Shown piece after piece: positions 26,757 through 37,238 of a DNA stretch of 64,000 bases; position 1 is the first letter of the stretch; each line of letters starts with the position of its first letter. A model generated the notes under the pieces. That model searched no databases. It was not told where the DNA came from and saw only the letters and a list, made by a program, of their open reading frames with translations. The position numbers were made by a program, and so were the translations under genes. This DNA comes from Planctomycetota bacterium (GTDB lineage Bacteria > Planctomycetota > UBA1135 > GCA-002748355), in NCBI GenBank assembly GCA_002748355.1, contig PDSF01000027.1:130414-194413 (forward strand), given 5' to 3'.

Positions 26757-29700
26757 ATGAGTGATAGCGCACCGGATTTCTGCCACCTGCACGTCCACAG
26801 CCACTTCAGCCTGCTGGACGGAGCCTGCCGCGTCGAAGACCTGGCCAAGCACGCCGCAGCCGATGGTCAAAAAGCCATCGCGCTGACCGACCACGGCAAC
26901 CTCTTCGGCGCCATCCCCTTCTACAAGGCCTGCAAGAAGGAAGGGATCAAGCCGCTGCTCGGCATCGAGGCCTACGTCGCCCAGGATTCGCGGCTCAAGA
27001 AGTCCAACAAGGAGGACAACCGCACCCACCACCTGACGCTGATCGCGAAGGACCTCGAGGGCTGGCACAACCTGATCAAGCTCTCCTCCCTCGCCTACAA
27101 GGAGGGCTTCTACTACAAGCCGCGCATGGACAAGGAGCTCTTGTCCAAATACGGCAAGGGCCTGGTGGCTCTCTCCGGCTGCCTCGGCGGCGAGGTCAAC
27201 GGCTACCTGATGCGCGACGATATCGAAGGGGCCATCGCGTCGGCCAAGCTGCACGAGGAGATCCTGGGGAAGGACAACTTCTTCCTCGAGATCATGAATA
27301 ACGGCTACGAGGCCCAGTGCGGGGTCATCCCCAAGATGCGCAAGGTGGCCGACGCCACCGGCCTCCGCCTCGCGATCACTCAGGACATCCATTACATCCA
27401 GCCGCAGGACAACAAGGCCCAGGACATCCTGATCTGCATCGGCACCGGCCGCACGGTCGGCGATGAGAAGCGCTTCCGCATGGACGATCTAAAGCTCTAC
27501 TTCCGCACCCGGCAGCAGATGCTCGATCTCTTCCCCAAGGATCGGGACGCACTGGAGGTCACCGGCGAAATCGCCGACCGCTGCGATGTCGAGCTCGACT
27601 TCGACACCTATCACCTCCCGGTGTTCCGGCCAGAGAGCGGCGAAACGCCGGACGAGATGTTCGACCGGCTCTGTGACGAGGGTGCACGCCGGCTCTACGG
27701 CGAAATCACGCCAGAGGTCCGCGAGCGCATCGAATATGAGAAAGGCATTATCCGCCAGCTCGGCTTCGTCAGCTACTTCCTGATTACCTGGGACTTTATC
27801 CGTTTCTCGATTGATAACGGCATCCCGGTCGGCCCCGGCCGCGGCTCGGCAGCTGGCTCCATCGTCGCCTACTGCCTCAACATCACCCAACTCGACCCGC
27901 TCAAATACAACCTGCTCTTCGAACGTTTCCTCAACGCCGAGCGCATCTCGATGCCCGACATCGACATCGATTTCTGCCGCGACAAGCGCGAGCTGGTCAT
28001 CGACTACGTGCGCAATAAATACGGCGAGGAAAACGTCAGCCAGATCATCACCTTCGGCACCATGGCCTCACGCGGCGTGATCCGGGACGTCGGACGGGCT
28101 ATGGAGGTTCCTCTCAGCGAAGTCGACTCGATCGCCAAGAAGGTCCCCAACGGCCCGGGAGCCTCACTGCGCAAAGCCTTGGAGACGGACAGCGAGCTGC
28201 AGGAGATCCGCAAAGCCAACGAGATGAACCAGGCGCTCTTCGATATCGGCGTGCGCCTCGAGGGCTTCTGTCGCCACTCTTCGACTCACGCGGCCGGCGT
28301 GGTCATCGCCGACAAGCCCCTCGACCAGCTCATCCCGCTCTGCAAGAACGGTGACGACATCGTCACCCAGTGGCAAATGTCCGACCTCGAAGACGTCGGC
28401 ATGCTCAAGGTCGATTTCCTCGGGCTCAAAACCCTGACCATCCTCGATGAAGCCGAAGCCCTGGTGAAGGAGCAGCACGGCGTCGTGATCGACTGGGACG
28501 CAATCGGGCTCGAAGACCCTAAGACCTACGATCTACTGCAACGCTACGACACCCTCGGAGTCTTCCAGCTCGAATCCGAGGGCATGCGCGAGCTGCTGGC
28601 GCGCCTCAAACCCGACTGCTTCGAAGACATCATCGCGGTGCTGGCCCTCTATCGTCCAGGCCCGTTGAAGTCGGGCATGGTCGACATGTATGTCGATCGC
28701 AAGCACGGCCGCCAAAAGGTCGAATACCCGCACGAGTCGATCGCGTCGATCCTCGAGGACACCTACGGCGTCATCGTCTACCAAGAGCAGGTCATGCTCA
28801 CCGCCCACGAAATGGCGGGCTTTACCCTCAACCAAGCGGATAAGCTGCGTAAGGCCATGGGCAAGAAGAAGCCCGAGGTCATGCACGAGTTCCGCAAGCT
28901 CTTCGTCGATGGCGCGGTCGAGCGGGGCCTCAAGGCCAAGCTGGCCGACGAAGTTTTTACCACGATGGAGTTCTTCGCCGGCTACGGCTTCAACAAGTCG
29001 CACTCGGCCGCCTACGCCCTGCTGACCTACCGCACCGCCTACCTCAAGGCCAACTACCCCACCGAGTTCCTCTGCGCCCTACTGACCTGCGACATCGGGC
29101 TCACCGACAAGGTCAAGGAGTTCAGCAGCGAAGCGATGCGCCTGGGCATCGACGTGCTGCCGCCCTCGGTCAATCGGAGCCGCACCAAATTCACCGTCGA
29201 ACACGTTCAGGAGAATGGCGAAGACCGGAGCTGCATCCGTTATGGCCTCGGCGCCATCAAGGGCCTCGGCTCCAAGGCCACTGACGCGCTCGTCGCCGAG
29301 CGCGAAAAAAAGGGCGAGTACACCGACCTCCCCAACCTCACCCAGCGCTGGGACCCAAAGCTCGCCAACAAGTCGGCCTACGAGACTCTGATCAAGAGTG
29401 GCGCTCTCGACGACAGCAAGTGGTCGCGGCGCGCCATGCTTGAGGCCCTAGAGGACCTGCTGCGTGAGGCATCGTCGGTGCATAAGGACCGCGCCAAAGG
29501 CCAGAGCCTCCTCTTCGCCGCCCCGATCGCCGCAGGCAGCGAGCACGAAGTGCGCGAAATCCCGGCGACCCCCGAGTGGGAGGAGTCCGAACGCCTGCTC
29601 GCAGAAAAGGAGGCCCTGGGCTTCTACCTCTCCGGCCACCCCTTCGAGAAGCGCGGCAGCTTCTATGCCCGCCTGGCCCGTATCGACAGCAAAAAGCTCG

Positions 29701-30245
29701 GCCAGCTTATGCAGGCCGGCCAGGCCCCAGACCAAATCGTGATCGCGGGCATGATCACCGGAGCCCGCTCGCTGATGATCAAATCCGGCCGTAACGCCGG
29801 GCAGCGCATGGCCAAGTTCCGGCTGGAGGACCTTGAGGGTTCATTGGGCTGCACGGTCTTCAGTAAGAGCTACCAGACAGCCCGCGAGTTCATCATCGAC
29901 GACGAAATCGTCTTCGTGAACGGCCGTATCGATAAACAGAGCGACGAGCTGGCGATTTTGGTCGACGAAGTGGTGCTGGCTGAACGCTACGTTCGCCAAA
30001 ACGTCGACGCCTTCGTCCTGGTTCTGGATCCGGACCTGCACGACAAGAGCAAGCTCGTGGAGGCACGCGACCTACTGCGTAAGTATCCAGGAGCACATCG
30101 AATCATCTTCGATGTCCCCGGTCCCGACCACGCACGCTATCGCCTGCTCGCAGACGGCGAGTTCCGGGTCCGCCTCGACGATGCATTGATCGACGAGCTG
30201 GGCGAGCTACTCGGCCCAGAGGCGCTGTCCTTCACCCGGGTGTAG
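26757..30245 (+). CDS. dnaE: DNA polymerase III alpha subunit
   Basis: PHP domain FCHLHVHSHFSLLDGA, then GRGSAAGS, PDIDIDF and an OB-fold tail. The ATG at 26757 follows GGAGGGAA. Confidence 0.97.
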   Translation: MSDSAPDFCHLHVHSHFSLLDGACRVEDLAKHAAADGQKAIALTDHGNLFGAIPFYKACKKEGIKPLLGIEAYVAQDSRLKKSNKEDNRTHHLTLIAKDLEGWHNLIKLSSLAYKEGFYYKPRMDKELLSKYGKGLVALSGCLGGEVNGYLMRDDIEGAIASAKLHEEILGKDNFFLEIMNNGYEAQCGVIPKMRKVADATGLRLAITQDIHYIQPQDNKAQDILICIGTGRTVGDEKRFRMDDLKLYFRTRQQMLDLFPKDRDALEVTGEIADRCDVELDFDTYHLPVFRPESGETPDEMFDRLCDEGARRLYGEITPEVRERIEYEKGIIRQLGFVSYFLITWDFIRFSIDNGIPVGPGRGSAAGSIVAYCLNITQLDPLKYNLLFERFLNAERISMPDIDIDFCRDKRELVIDYVRNKYGEENVSQIITFGTMASRGVIRDVGRAMEVPLSEVDSIAKKVPNGPGASLRKALETDSELQEIRKANEMNQALFDIGVRLEGFCRHSSTHAAGVVIADKPLDQLIPLCKNGDDIVTQWQMSDLEDVGMLKVDFLGLKTLTILDEAEALVKEQHGVVIDWDAIGLEDPKTYDLLQRYDTLGVFQLESEGMRELLARLKPDCFEDIIAVLALYRPGPLKSGMVDMYVDRKHGRQKVEYPHESIASILEDTYGVIVYQEQVMLTAHEMAGFTLNQADKLRKAMGKKKPEVMHEFRKLFVDGAVERGLKAKLADEVFTTMEFFAGYGFNKSHSAAYALLTYRTAYLKANYPTEFLCALLTCDIGLTDKVKEFSSEAMRLGIDVLPPSVNRSRTKFTVEHVQENGEDRSCIRYGLGAIKGLGSKATDALVAEREKKGEYTDLPNLTQRWDPKLANKSAYETLIKSGALDDSKWSRRAMLEALEDLLREASSVHKDRAKGQSLLFAAPIAAGSEHEVREIPATPEWEESERLLAEKEALGFYLSGHPFEKRGSFYARLARIDSKKLGQLMQAGQAPDQIVIAGMITGARSLMIKSGRNAGQRMAKFRLEDLEGSLGCTVFSKSYQTAREFIIDDEIVFVNGRIDKQSDELAILVDEVVLAERYVRQNVDAFVLVLDPDLHDKSKLVEARDLLRKYPGAHRIIFDVPGPDHARYRLLADGEFRVRLDDALIDELGELLGPEALSFTRV

Positions 30246-30291
30246 CGGGCCCCTAGGAACTAGGGGCCCTACAGGGCCGGACCGGGGAGCC

Positions 30292-33200
30292 TCACTCGCA
30301 ACGCAAACGCATCAGGAGTGAATAGCTCACCGGAACCAGAATCAGGGTCAGCAAGGTGCCCAGCGCCAGGCCAAAGGCCATGAGCGAGGCCATGCCGTAG
30401 AAGAACACGTCCTTGAAGACGATCAGCGGCATGAGACTCAAGAACGTCGTAACCGTCGAGATCAGAATCGGACGCACCCGCCGAACCGAAGCCCGGACCA
30501 CGGCCTCGATCCCTAGGCTGGGATCCGAGCTTCGTTCGAGGTCGATTCGGTCGATCAGCACGATGGCATTGTTCACGAGAATGCCGAACAGGGAATACAG
30601 CCCGAGCAACTCCATGAAGCCAAAGTCGGCCCGCATGAAAAACAGCCCCAGGCTGCCGCCAACGATGACCAACGGGAAAACCGCAAAGACCAATCCGACT
30701 CGTTGGAAGGAATTGAACTGCCAAAGCAAAAGCAGGAACATCGCCGCCAAACACAGGGGAAGACTCGCCGAAAGCGCCTTTTGTGCCTCCACCGAATCCT
30801 TGACCACCCCGTCATAAACGATCTGATAGCCCGGCGGTAAATCCGCGCGCAGCTCTTCGATCTTGGGATCGACCAGTGGCCGCATATCCTCGGCCGACAT
30901 CCTCAGGTTCTTGGCTTCGACCGTGACGGTTCTGCGGCCATCCTCGCGCTTGATCCGAGTAAACTCGGGGCGGAGTTCGATATCTGCCAACTGTTCGATC
31001 GGTACCAGCGCCCCCGTCGTCATCGAGCGAACATTGAGGCTGCGCAAGCGGCTCAGATCGTGGCGCTCTTGCTCGCGGGCCCGAACAATAATCGGATACA
31101 GCTCGTCACCATCGAGATATTCCGCAACCGGTCGTCCCTGCAAATAGGTTTGCAGAGTGGCTGACAGCTTCTCCGAGCTGATTCCGGCACTGCGTGCCCG
31201 CGCCTGATCCACATTGATATGCAGGCGCAGCTCCGGCATTTCCCAGTCATTGCGAACATCACAGATGCCAGGCAGCTCTCGGAAGTAGGCCTCGAGTTTC
31301 TGGGCGATGCCGTAGATGTATTCCGAGTTCGGCCCTTGGACTTGCACCTCGATCTTGGAGGAGTCACTGGGGCCGAGAAACAGGCGCATGACCCGGGCTC
31401 GCGCCTCGGGAAAACTCGTGGCGAAGTCGCTCCGCACGGCTTCGATCGTCGCTTCCATGTGCTCATCAGCATCGACATCCAAAACGATGAATGCCCTGTT
31501 CGGAGCTGGGTCGATCGGCGCGAGCGAGAGAACGAATCGTGGACCGCCATAAGCACCGTATGCCGCGTGTGCCTTGATATGCGGAAATCGCTCCCGATCG
31601 CCGAGGCGGGCCAACATACCCTTAAGCACTCGATTGGTTTCACCGGCGCTAACGCTCACAGGCAGGTCTACGTAGGCCAGAACCTGGCTGCGATCGGAGT
31701 CGGGAAAGAACTTGCGCGGCAAACTGCTAAACAGCAGGCCGGCCCCAGCGATAACCAGAATCACACCAGCCAGAACGGCCAGGCGGTGTCGCAGCAGCAG
31801 GCGCAGTAAGCGCTCGTAGATGCCGCCTAGCTTGCGAAACAGCCAGGCCGTGGGCTCGAAGCGCCGTGGCTTGGCTGCCGAATCATCCTTTTGTCCGACC
31901 TGCTCCGGAAGGAAGTGGTAGCAGAGCACCGGCATAACCAGCATGGCCAACAGCCAAGAGCTGAGCAAAGCGATCAGGATGACCAGCGAGATCGAACGGG
32001 TGTATTCGCCGGCTACATGCTGGGCCAAGATCAACGGCATGAACATCAAGACCGTCGTCAAGGTCGACGACAACAGGGGCATCGCCAATCCACGCCCTAC
32101 ATGATCGAGAGCATGCTCCCTCGACTCCCACTCCTCCATCCTGCGCTTGAACTCCTCGGCGATCACGATGCCGTTATCCACCAAGAGTCCGAGGGCAATG
32201 ATCAGGGTCGCCAGACTCGCACGCTGCAGGTTAATCGAGCAAAAGCTCATCACCGCGATGGTGATCAACATCACAGCCGGAACGATCGACCCAACAATCA
32301 AACCCGTGCGCAGACCAAGGAAGAGCAGAACGATCACCAGCACGATAGCCAGCGTCTGCACAACACTACTCGTCACGCCGTAGACGGCTGCCGCCACCTG
32401 CTGCGACTGGTCGGTCACCACGTCGATCGAATAACCCAGAGGCAAGCCAGATTCGATGGCTTTTAGCTCGGATCGCACCCGCGGCACGAGATCGAGGGCG
32501 CTGACCGCCTCCTTCATAGACAGCGCGATGATGATCGCAGGCTGCCCGTTGTAATAGGCCGTAAAGGCCGGTGGGTCTTCGTAGCCATGGTGAACCCGGG
32601 CAATATCGCGCAAAACCAGCGGATCCTCGCGACCAGGAACACTAATGAGGAGCGATCGCAGCTCTTCCAAGCTTTCGAAGCGTCCACTGCTCTCGACGAG
32701 AAAACGGCGGGCACCGAGATCGAGCTCCCCACTTGGCCGAACGATGTTCTGCGAACGCAAAGCTTGAACTAGCTGATCTGAGCGCAAGCCGAGCCCAGCC
32801 AAACGAGCCTGCTCGACTTCGATCCAAACACGCTCGCGAATGACTCCATGCAGGTCGATGCGCTTGACGCCAGCGACGAAACCTAGCCGGTCGCGAATAT
32901 CCTGGGCAACGTCGAGCATTTCGGAAGGCGGGTGATCGGAGGATCTCAGCGCCACAGTCAATACCGCGACATCGCCAAAATCGTCGTTGATGACCGGCGG
33001 CAGCGTCCCAGCAGGAAACTCCCCTTGGGCATCCCTGACCCGCTTGCGCAGTTTGTCCCAGATCTGCTCGAGATCGAAAAACCGGTCTTCGATCACGACA
33101 TGCATCACCGACACGCCAGGCATGGACAGTGAACGAATCTCTTCCAGCTCGGCAATCTGGCGCACATGCTCTTCGAGCGACTTGGTAATCAAGAGCTCGA

Positions 33201-33375
33201 CGTTCTCGGCAGACAGCCCGGGGTGCCGAGTGGTAACCAGCGCTTCGCGAATGGTGATCTTTGGATCCTCGCGCGCCGGCATCTCGAAGTAACTCACCGC
33301 CCCGAACAACATCATCACGCCCACGAGCGTGAGGATGACCCGGGTATTGCCGAGGCCAATCCGACTGAGATTCAT
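30292..33375 (-). CDS. RND-family efflux transporter, inner membrane permease (AcrB-like)
   Basis: 1027 aa with a 12-TM layout and two large periplasmic loops, showing typical ACR_tran sequence character. Confidence 0.9.
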   Translation of the reverse strand: MNLSRIGLGNTRVILTLVGVMMLFGAVSYFEMPAREDPKITIREALVTTRHPGLSAENVELLITKSLEEHVRQIAELEEIRSLSMPGVSVMHVVIEDRFFDLEQIWDKLRKRVRDAQGEFPAGTLPPVINDDFGDVAVLTVALRSSDHPPSEMLDVAQDIRDRLGFVAGVKRIDLHGVIRERVWIEVEQARLAGLGLRSDQLVQALRSQNIVRPSGELDLGARRFLVESSGRFESLEELRSLLISVPGREDPLVLRDIARVHHGYEDPPAFTAYYNGQPAIIIALSMKEAVSALDLVPRVRSELKAIESGLPLGYSIDVVTDQSQQVAAAVYGVTSSVVQTLAIVLVIVLLFLGLRTGLIVGSIVPAVMLITIAVMSFCSINLQRASLATLIIALGLLVDNGIVIAEEFKRRMEEWESREHALDHVGRGLAMPLLSSTLTTVLMFMPLILAQHVAGEYTRSISLVILIALLSSWLLAMLVMPVLCYHFLPEQVGQKDDSAAKPRRFEPTAWLFRKLGGIYERLLRLLLRHRLAVLAGVILVIAGAGLLFSSLPRKFFPDSDRSQVLAYVDLPVSVSAGETNRVLKGMLARLGDRERFPHIKAHAAYGAYGGPRFVLSLAPIDPAPNRAFIVLDVDADEHMEATIEAVRSDFATSFPEARARVMRLFLGPSDSSKIEVQVQGPNSEYIYGIAQKLEAYFRELPGICDVRNDWEMPELRLHINVDQARARSAGISSEKLSATLQTYLQGRPVAEYLDGDELYPIIVRAREQERHDLSRLRSLNVRSMTTGALVPIEQLADIELRPEFTRIKREDGRRTVTVEAKNLRMSAEDMRPLVDPKIEELRADLPPGYQIVYDGVVKDSVEAQKALSASLPLCLAAMFLLLLWQFNSFQRVGLVFAVFPLVIVGGSLGLFFMRADFGFMELLGLYSLFGILVNNAIVLIDRIDLERSSDPSLGIEAVVRASVRRVRPILISTVTTFLSLMPLIVFKDVFFYGMASLMAFGLALGTLLTLILVPVSYSLLMRLRCE

Positions 33376-33377
33376 GA

Positions 33378-34553
33378 TCAGCCCTCCTTTTCGGATGACG
33401 ACCCGTTTGCGGGAGCCCGCTGCGGCGATTTCTTAGCTGGGTAAAGAGCTTGTTCAGCAAGCCGTACTGCTTGGCCGTCCTGGAGGTAGGATGCCCCGCG
33501 AGTAACGATGCGCTGGCCTTCCTTGAGTTCGCCTCGCACCCAAACGTATTCGCTATCCAGGTGCACGATCTCGACACGCAACTTGCGAGCCTTGAACGGC
33601 TCCTCGTCCAGGCAAAAAACGGCAGCGCCAGTAGCTACACGCGGCTCCATGTCTGCAACGATCGCCGCGAGCGGTAAACGGAAGGCCTGGGGGCCCTCAT
33701 CGTCATCGAGGCGCAAACGCACCTCGACACTCATACCGGGCAGGGCCTTGCCGACATCGCCCTCGAGCCCTAGCCGAACATCGAAGAGACGACCCGCACC
33801 GGCATCGGCACCGATCTCGAGGATTCTGGCGGGTAACCACTTGGACTCGGTGGCGAGGATCCGCACAGCGTGCTTGTCACCGATCTTCAGCCTCGGCAGC
33901 AAGAACTCGGATACGGCGAAGTCCACTTCAAGGCGCTCGGTCTTCGACTGCACTCGAAACACTGGCTGTCCTGCAGCAACGACCTGGCCAGGTTCGAGCA
34001 GGCGGCGAGAGATCCGGCCGGCGTAAGGTGCGTGGAGCAGGGTGTCTCTGCGCAACTTGCTCGCCACATCGACCCGGACCTTCGCTGCATTCACCCGCGC
34101 CTTGGCCACAGAGAGGGCCGCTTCCGCGTTCTCAAGCGTCTCGGGCGAGCTGGTCTTCGCCGCCACCAAGGCCTTGAAGCGATCGAATTGACGCTGAGCT
34201 TCGCGGCACCTAGCTTCCGCCTCTGCCAGCTCGGCGCGGCGTTGGGCAAGCATCAATCGAGCGTCGACATCATCGAGCTTGGCCAAGAGCGCCCCGGCCT
34301 CGAAGGAATCACCGAACTCAACCATGACCTCGACGACCCGTCCCCCACGTTCGAAGGCCAGTTGCGTACGTTGTGGAGCGCGTAAACGCCCCGGCAGAAA
34401 GCGCGCTTCGCGCAAGGGGTGGCGGTGAGCTTCCACTAACGACACCGGCCTAGGGAGCGGGGCAGGCACTGATAACTTTCGGCCGCAGGACTGGAGCAGG
34501 AAAGCAGACGCGAGAATCGCGCAGATGCGAATAATGAGGCGCTGGTGATTCAT
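33378..34553 (-). CDS. RND efflux periplasmic adaptor (MFP), lipoprotein
   Basis: Lipobox LLQSC, a coiled-coil hairpin, and HlyD/MFP beta-barrel regions. Its stop lies 2 nt before the RND start. Confidence 0.85.
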   Translation of the reverse strand: MNHQRLIIRICAILASAFLLQSCGRKLSVPAPLPRPVSLVEAHRHPLREARFLPGRLRAPQRTQLAFERGGRVVEVMVEFGDSFEAGALLAKLDDVDARLMLAQRRAELAEAEARCREAQRQFDRFKALVAAKTSSPETLENAEAALSVAKARVNAAKVRVDVASKLRRDTLLHAPYAGRISRRLLEPGQVVAAGQPVFRVQSKTERLEVDFAVSEFLLPRLKIGDKHAVRILATESKWLPARILEIGADAGAGRLFDVRLGLEGDVGKALPGMSVEVRLRLDDDEGPQAFRLPLAAIVADMEPRVATGAAVFCLDEEPFKARKLRVEIVHLDSEYVWVRGELKEGQRIVTRGASYLQDGQAVRLAEQALYPAKKSPQRAPANGSSSEKEG

Positions 34554-34587
34554 AACCTATTCCCGGAACCAGATGAGATATGGATAT

Positions 34588-35286
34588 TCAGGATTCGTCA
34601 GGATTCTCCGCACCTAGAAGGATGCGGATATTGCGACGAAGGTGATCTTGGATGCGATGCAGCTGCTGGGTATGGATGTCCTTCCACCCGAGATCCCGCA
34701 GGATGGTTTCGCGGGAGACACGAAAGGTGAGGACCATCGATAAGATCGACACCGTCTGTAACAGGCAGTCCTGCCTGCTGCGGCGCCCACGCTCCGCTAC
34801 CCAAATAAGCCGGGCGAGCAACTGGACCATGGCGGAGATGCCGTTCTCATAGAGTTCGTCAAAGGACTCGGTCGGCTGCTGTTGTTCGCGCACCACCATG
34901 CCGGCCCAAGAAGCAGTCTCCTCGTCAACCATGAAGTCGAGGAAGGCGAGAACTATGCTGCTGATGTGCTCGACGATCTCCTCTACGAGGGCTTGGGGCA
35001 CTTCGGCTGAGGCCTCAAAACGGGAGAGATCTGCCTGGGCTGCCTCATAAGCCGGACGCATCTTCTCCCGCAAACGCTCACCGATGTGCCGCATCGCCGC
35101 GCGATAGAGCCCTTCTTTCCCGGCAAAGTGATAGCTAATCAAGGCTTGGTTGGCCTCAGCACGCTCCGCGATCAGGCGTGTGCTGGCGCCCTCGAAGCCG
35201 CGTTCGCTGAAACTGGCGATCGCCGCTTCAACCAGCCGCTTCCGCACGGCGGCGCCTCTCTCGTCTCTGCCGTCCCCCATGTCCAC
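34588..35286 (-). CDS. TetR/AcrR family transcriptional regulator
   Basis: N-terminal HTH RKRLVEAAIASFSERGFEGASTRLIAERAEANQALISYHFAGKEGLY. It lies at the head of the efflux operon. Confidence 0.85.
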   Translation of the reverse strand: MDMGDGRDERGAAVRKRLVEAAIASFSERGFEGASTRLIAERAEANQALISYHFAGKEGLYRAAMRHIGERLREKMRPAYEAAQADLSRFEASAEVPQALVEEIVEHISSIVLAFLDFMVDEETASWAGMVVREQQQPTESFDELYENGISAMVQLLARLIWVAERGRRSRQDCLLQTVSILSMVLTFRVSRETILRDLGWKDIHTQQLHRIQDHLRRNIRILLGAENPDES

Positions 35287-35320
35287 CTCCAGGGCGCGTC
35301 ACGCTACCCCATCGGCCAAG

Positions 35321-35340
35321 TTAGTCAATCACTTGATTAA
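35321..35340. promoter_or_regulatory. imperfect palindrome, candidate TetR operator
   Basis: TTAGTCAA-tcac-TTGATTAA has 8-bp arms with one mismatch. It lies 35-54 bp upstream of the tetR start. Confidence 0.35.
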
Positions 35341-35791
35341 CTCTCCCCGCAAGCCGCCTTCCTCCTCTGGAACCTCCCCCTCACAAGGACGATGCGCGCT
35401 ACGGCAGGCTCAGCACGACAGCCAGCTTCCAGGTCAAGTGATCCAAGAAAAGCGAGACCGGCCTCTCTGCGCCACGCACCGGAAACACCAAACGATGCTG
35501 GCCCTGACTTGAAAAGGAATACGCGGAGACAAGCGTGAAGCCGCGATGACATAGGGAAATCATGCCCAGCCCTCCATAGAAGATGGCTAGCGCATCTTCC
35601 CCGAAGTAAATCCCCTGAAAACGACGGAACCTCGATCGCCGGCCACCCGTCTGAGAAGAAAAGCAGATCCTTCAGATTGGCATAGCTCCATGGTTTTCCG
35701 CTGATACTATTGCTTCTATACGGATTTGCTTTTGCGTGTCTCTGCTGCCTGCAGACGAATGCAACTCCTTCCCTCTTCCTGTGAGACGCTT

Positions 35792-36850
35792 ATGTTGCGC
35801 CAACTTTCTCTTGCCGCCGTTGCGGCCATCTCTGCTTCTGTCTGTGCTCAGACCATCGTCACTGTCCCCCAGGGCTACGGCACCAAAGAGGGCACGAATT
35901 CTCGCCACGTGCCGCTGCGCTACACCCCGGCACGCATCCAGGCTGGCTTCGGCGCCAAGGCCACTGGCTGGACGAAGCCCATGGTCATCAAGGAACTCTG
36001 GGCCCGCGCTGACGGGGCCAAGTTCCTGACGACCGCCTTCACCATCGACTGCGAAGTCCTGCTCTCGAGCAACGGCTGCGATCCAGAGACCAAGGCTTAC
36101 GCCTGGGCCAAGAACCATGGCGCAGACAAAAAGGTCTTCATGAAGCGCAAGTCGATGAGCTTCCAGCCCTTCACTGCTGCTCCGAAGCCCGCTCCCTTCT
36201 CGATTCAGCTCAAGGGTGACGCTCCTTTCGTCGCCATCAAGCCGACCCTGCTCGTCGACTGGAAGACCTACTCCAAGTCCAACGAGATCCACAACAACTT
36301 CTACATCGATGCCGCCCGGGTATCTGGCACCTCTACCGGCACCCGTGGAAAGAACCTGTACTTCGGTAAGCCCTGCAACCCGACCAACTTCTACAACTAC
36401 GTAACCGGCTACAACGTAGGTGAGGTCTTCCGCCCCTACGTCTACCCCAAGGGCATCGGCGACTTCATCATCCACTGGATCGGCAGCAAGCAGACCAACA
36501 TTCCGATTCCCGGCCAGACCGGCTGCACCCTGTATACAACGCCGATCGTCTTCCACCCCAGCATCCCCAAGGCGACCAACACCTCCTCGCTGTATTTCTC
36601 GTGGGGCACGGTTCCGGCAACCATGAAGGGCGCCTCTGTCGTCACCCAGTTCGCTGCGGTCGACAGCACCCTTACGCAGATGCGTTGGTCCCGAGGCATC
36701 CAGACGACCTTCGGCGACTACAAGCTGAACTACCCCTACACCATCTCCCATCGCTACGCCTACGGTTCGGGCACCCAGACCTTTGATCCGGACAAGGACC
36801 CCGCAACCTACGGCTGGGTCAACACGGCCCCCATCTTCCAGGTCAAGTGA
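35792..36850 (+). CDS. secreted protein of unknown family, paralog A
   Basis: Signal peptide MLRQLSLAAVAAISASVCAQ. It is highly similar over its full length to the ORF at 37239-38297. I recognise no family motif. Confidence 0.8.
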   Translation: MLRQLSLAAVAAISASVCAQTIVTVPQGYGTKEGTNSRHVPLRYTPARIQAGFGAKATGWTKPMVIKELWARADGAKFLTTAFTIDCEVLLSSNGCDPETKAYAWAKNHGADKKVFMKRKSMSFQPFTAAPKPAPFSIQLKGDAPFVAIKPTLLVDWKTYSKSNEIHNNFYIDAARVSGTSTGTRGKNLYFGKPCNPTNFYNYVTGYNVGEVFRPYVYPKGIGDFIIHWIGSKQTNIPIPGQTGCTLYTTPIVFHPSIPKATNTSSLYFSWGTVPATMKGASVVTQFAAVDSTLTQMRWSRGIQTTFGDYKLNYPYTISHRYAYGSGTQTFDPDKDPATYGWVNTAPIFQVK

Positions 36851-36882
36851 TCTGAGACTCGAGAGCTAGCCTCTCGAAACGC

Positions 36883-36920
36883 AAAAGCCCGGACGGCGCT
36901 AAGCGCAGTCCGGGTTTTTG
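36883..36920 (+). terminator. intrinsic terminator after paralog A
   Basis: AAAAGCCCGGAC...GTCCGGGTTTTTG is a hairpin followed by a T-run. Confidence 0.75.
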
Positions 36921-37238
36921 TGTGTACGGATCCTTTGCGTTGACCCAAAAGCCACGGTGCAGACCTGCATCAGGCACATGATCCACAAGTGCTTGCGCCT
37001 ACCCCATGCCTTCTCCCCGAGCGACCAGTCCGGCACAAACTGATCTAGCTTGAGCGCAGGCACTGCGAAAATCGAAAAATCTCGACTCTCATGCCCTCGC
37101 TCTGAGAAGGGAAACTGGCCATTCTGACAGAAATCACTCCCAAGTCTGCTGTGGGAGGTAAACTTCAACACAGTTGCTTTTGCTTGCTTCTGCTGCCTGC
37201 AGACGCCGGCCCCCCTCCCTCAGCCTGTGAGGACGCTT

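Larger units (their letters stand above)
35726..36920 (+). repeat. copy A of a tandemly duplicated cassette of about 1.2 kb (leader + CDS + terminator)
   Basis: It aligns by eye with 37174-38367 from the conserved leader block through the terminator hairpin. Confidence 0.8.

Noticed and set aside
26226-27392. 388-aa minus-strand ORF
   Set aside because: It overlaps the 3' end of the oxoamine synthase and the 5' end of dnaE in antisense. It has no motifs.
36899-37171. 90-aa minus-strand ORF in the spacer between the duplicated cassettes
   Set aside because: It overlaps the terminator of copy A and the leader of copy B. It has no start context or recognisable features, and probably arises by chance in the lower-GC spacer.
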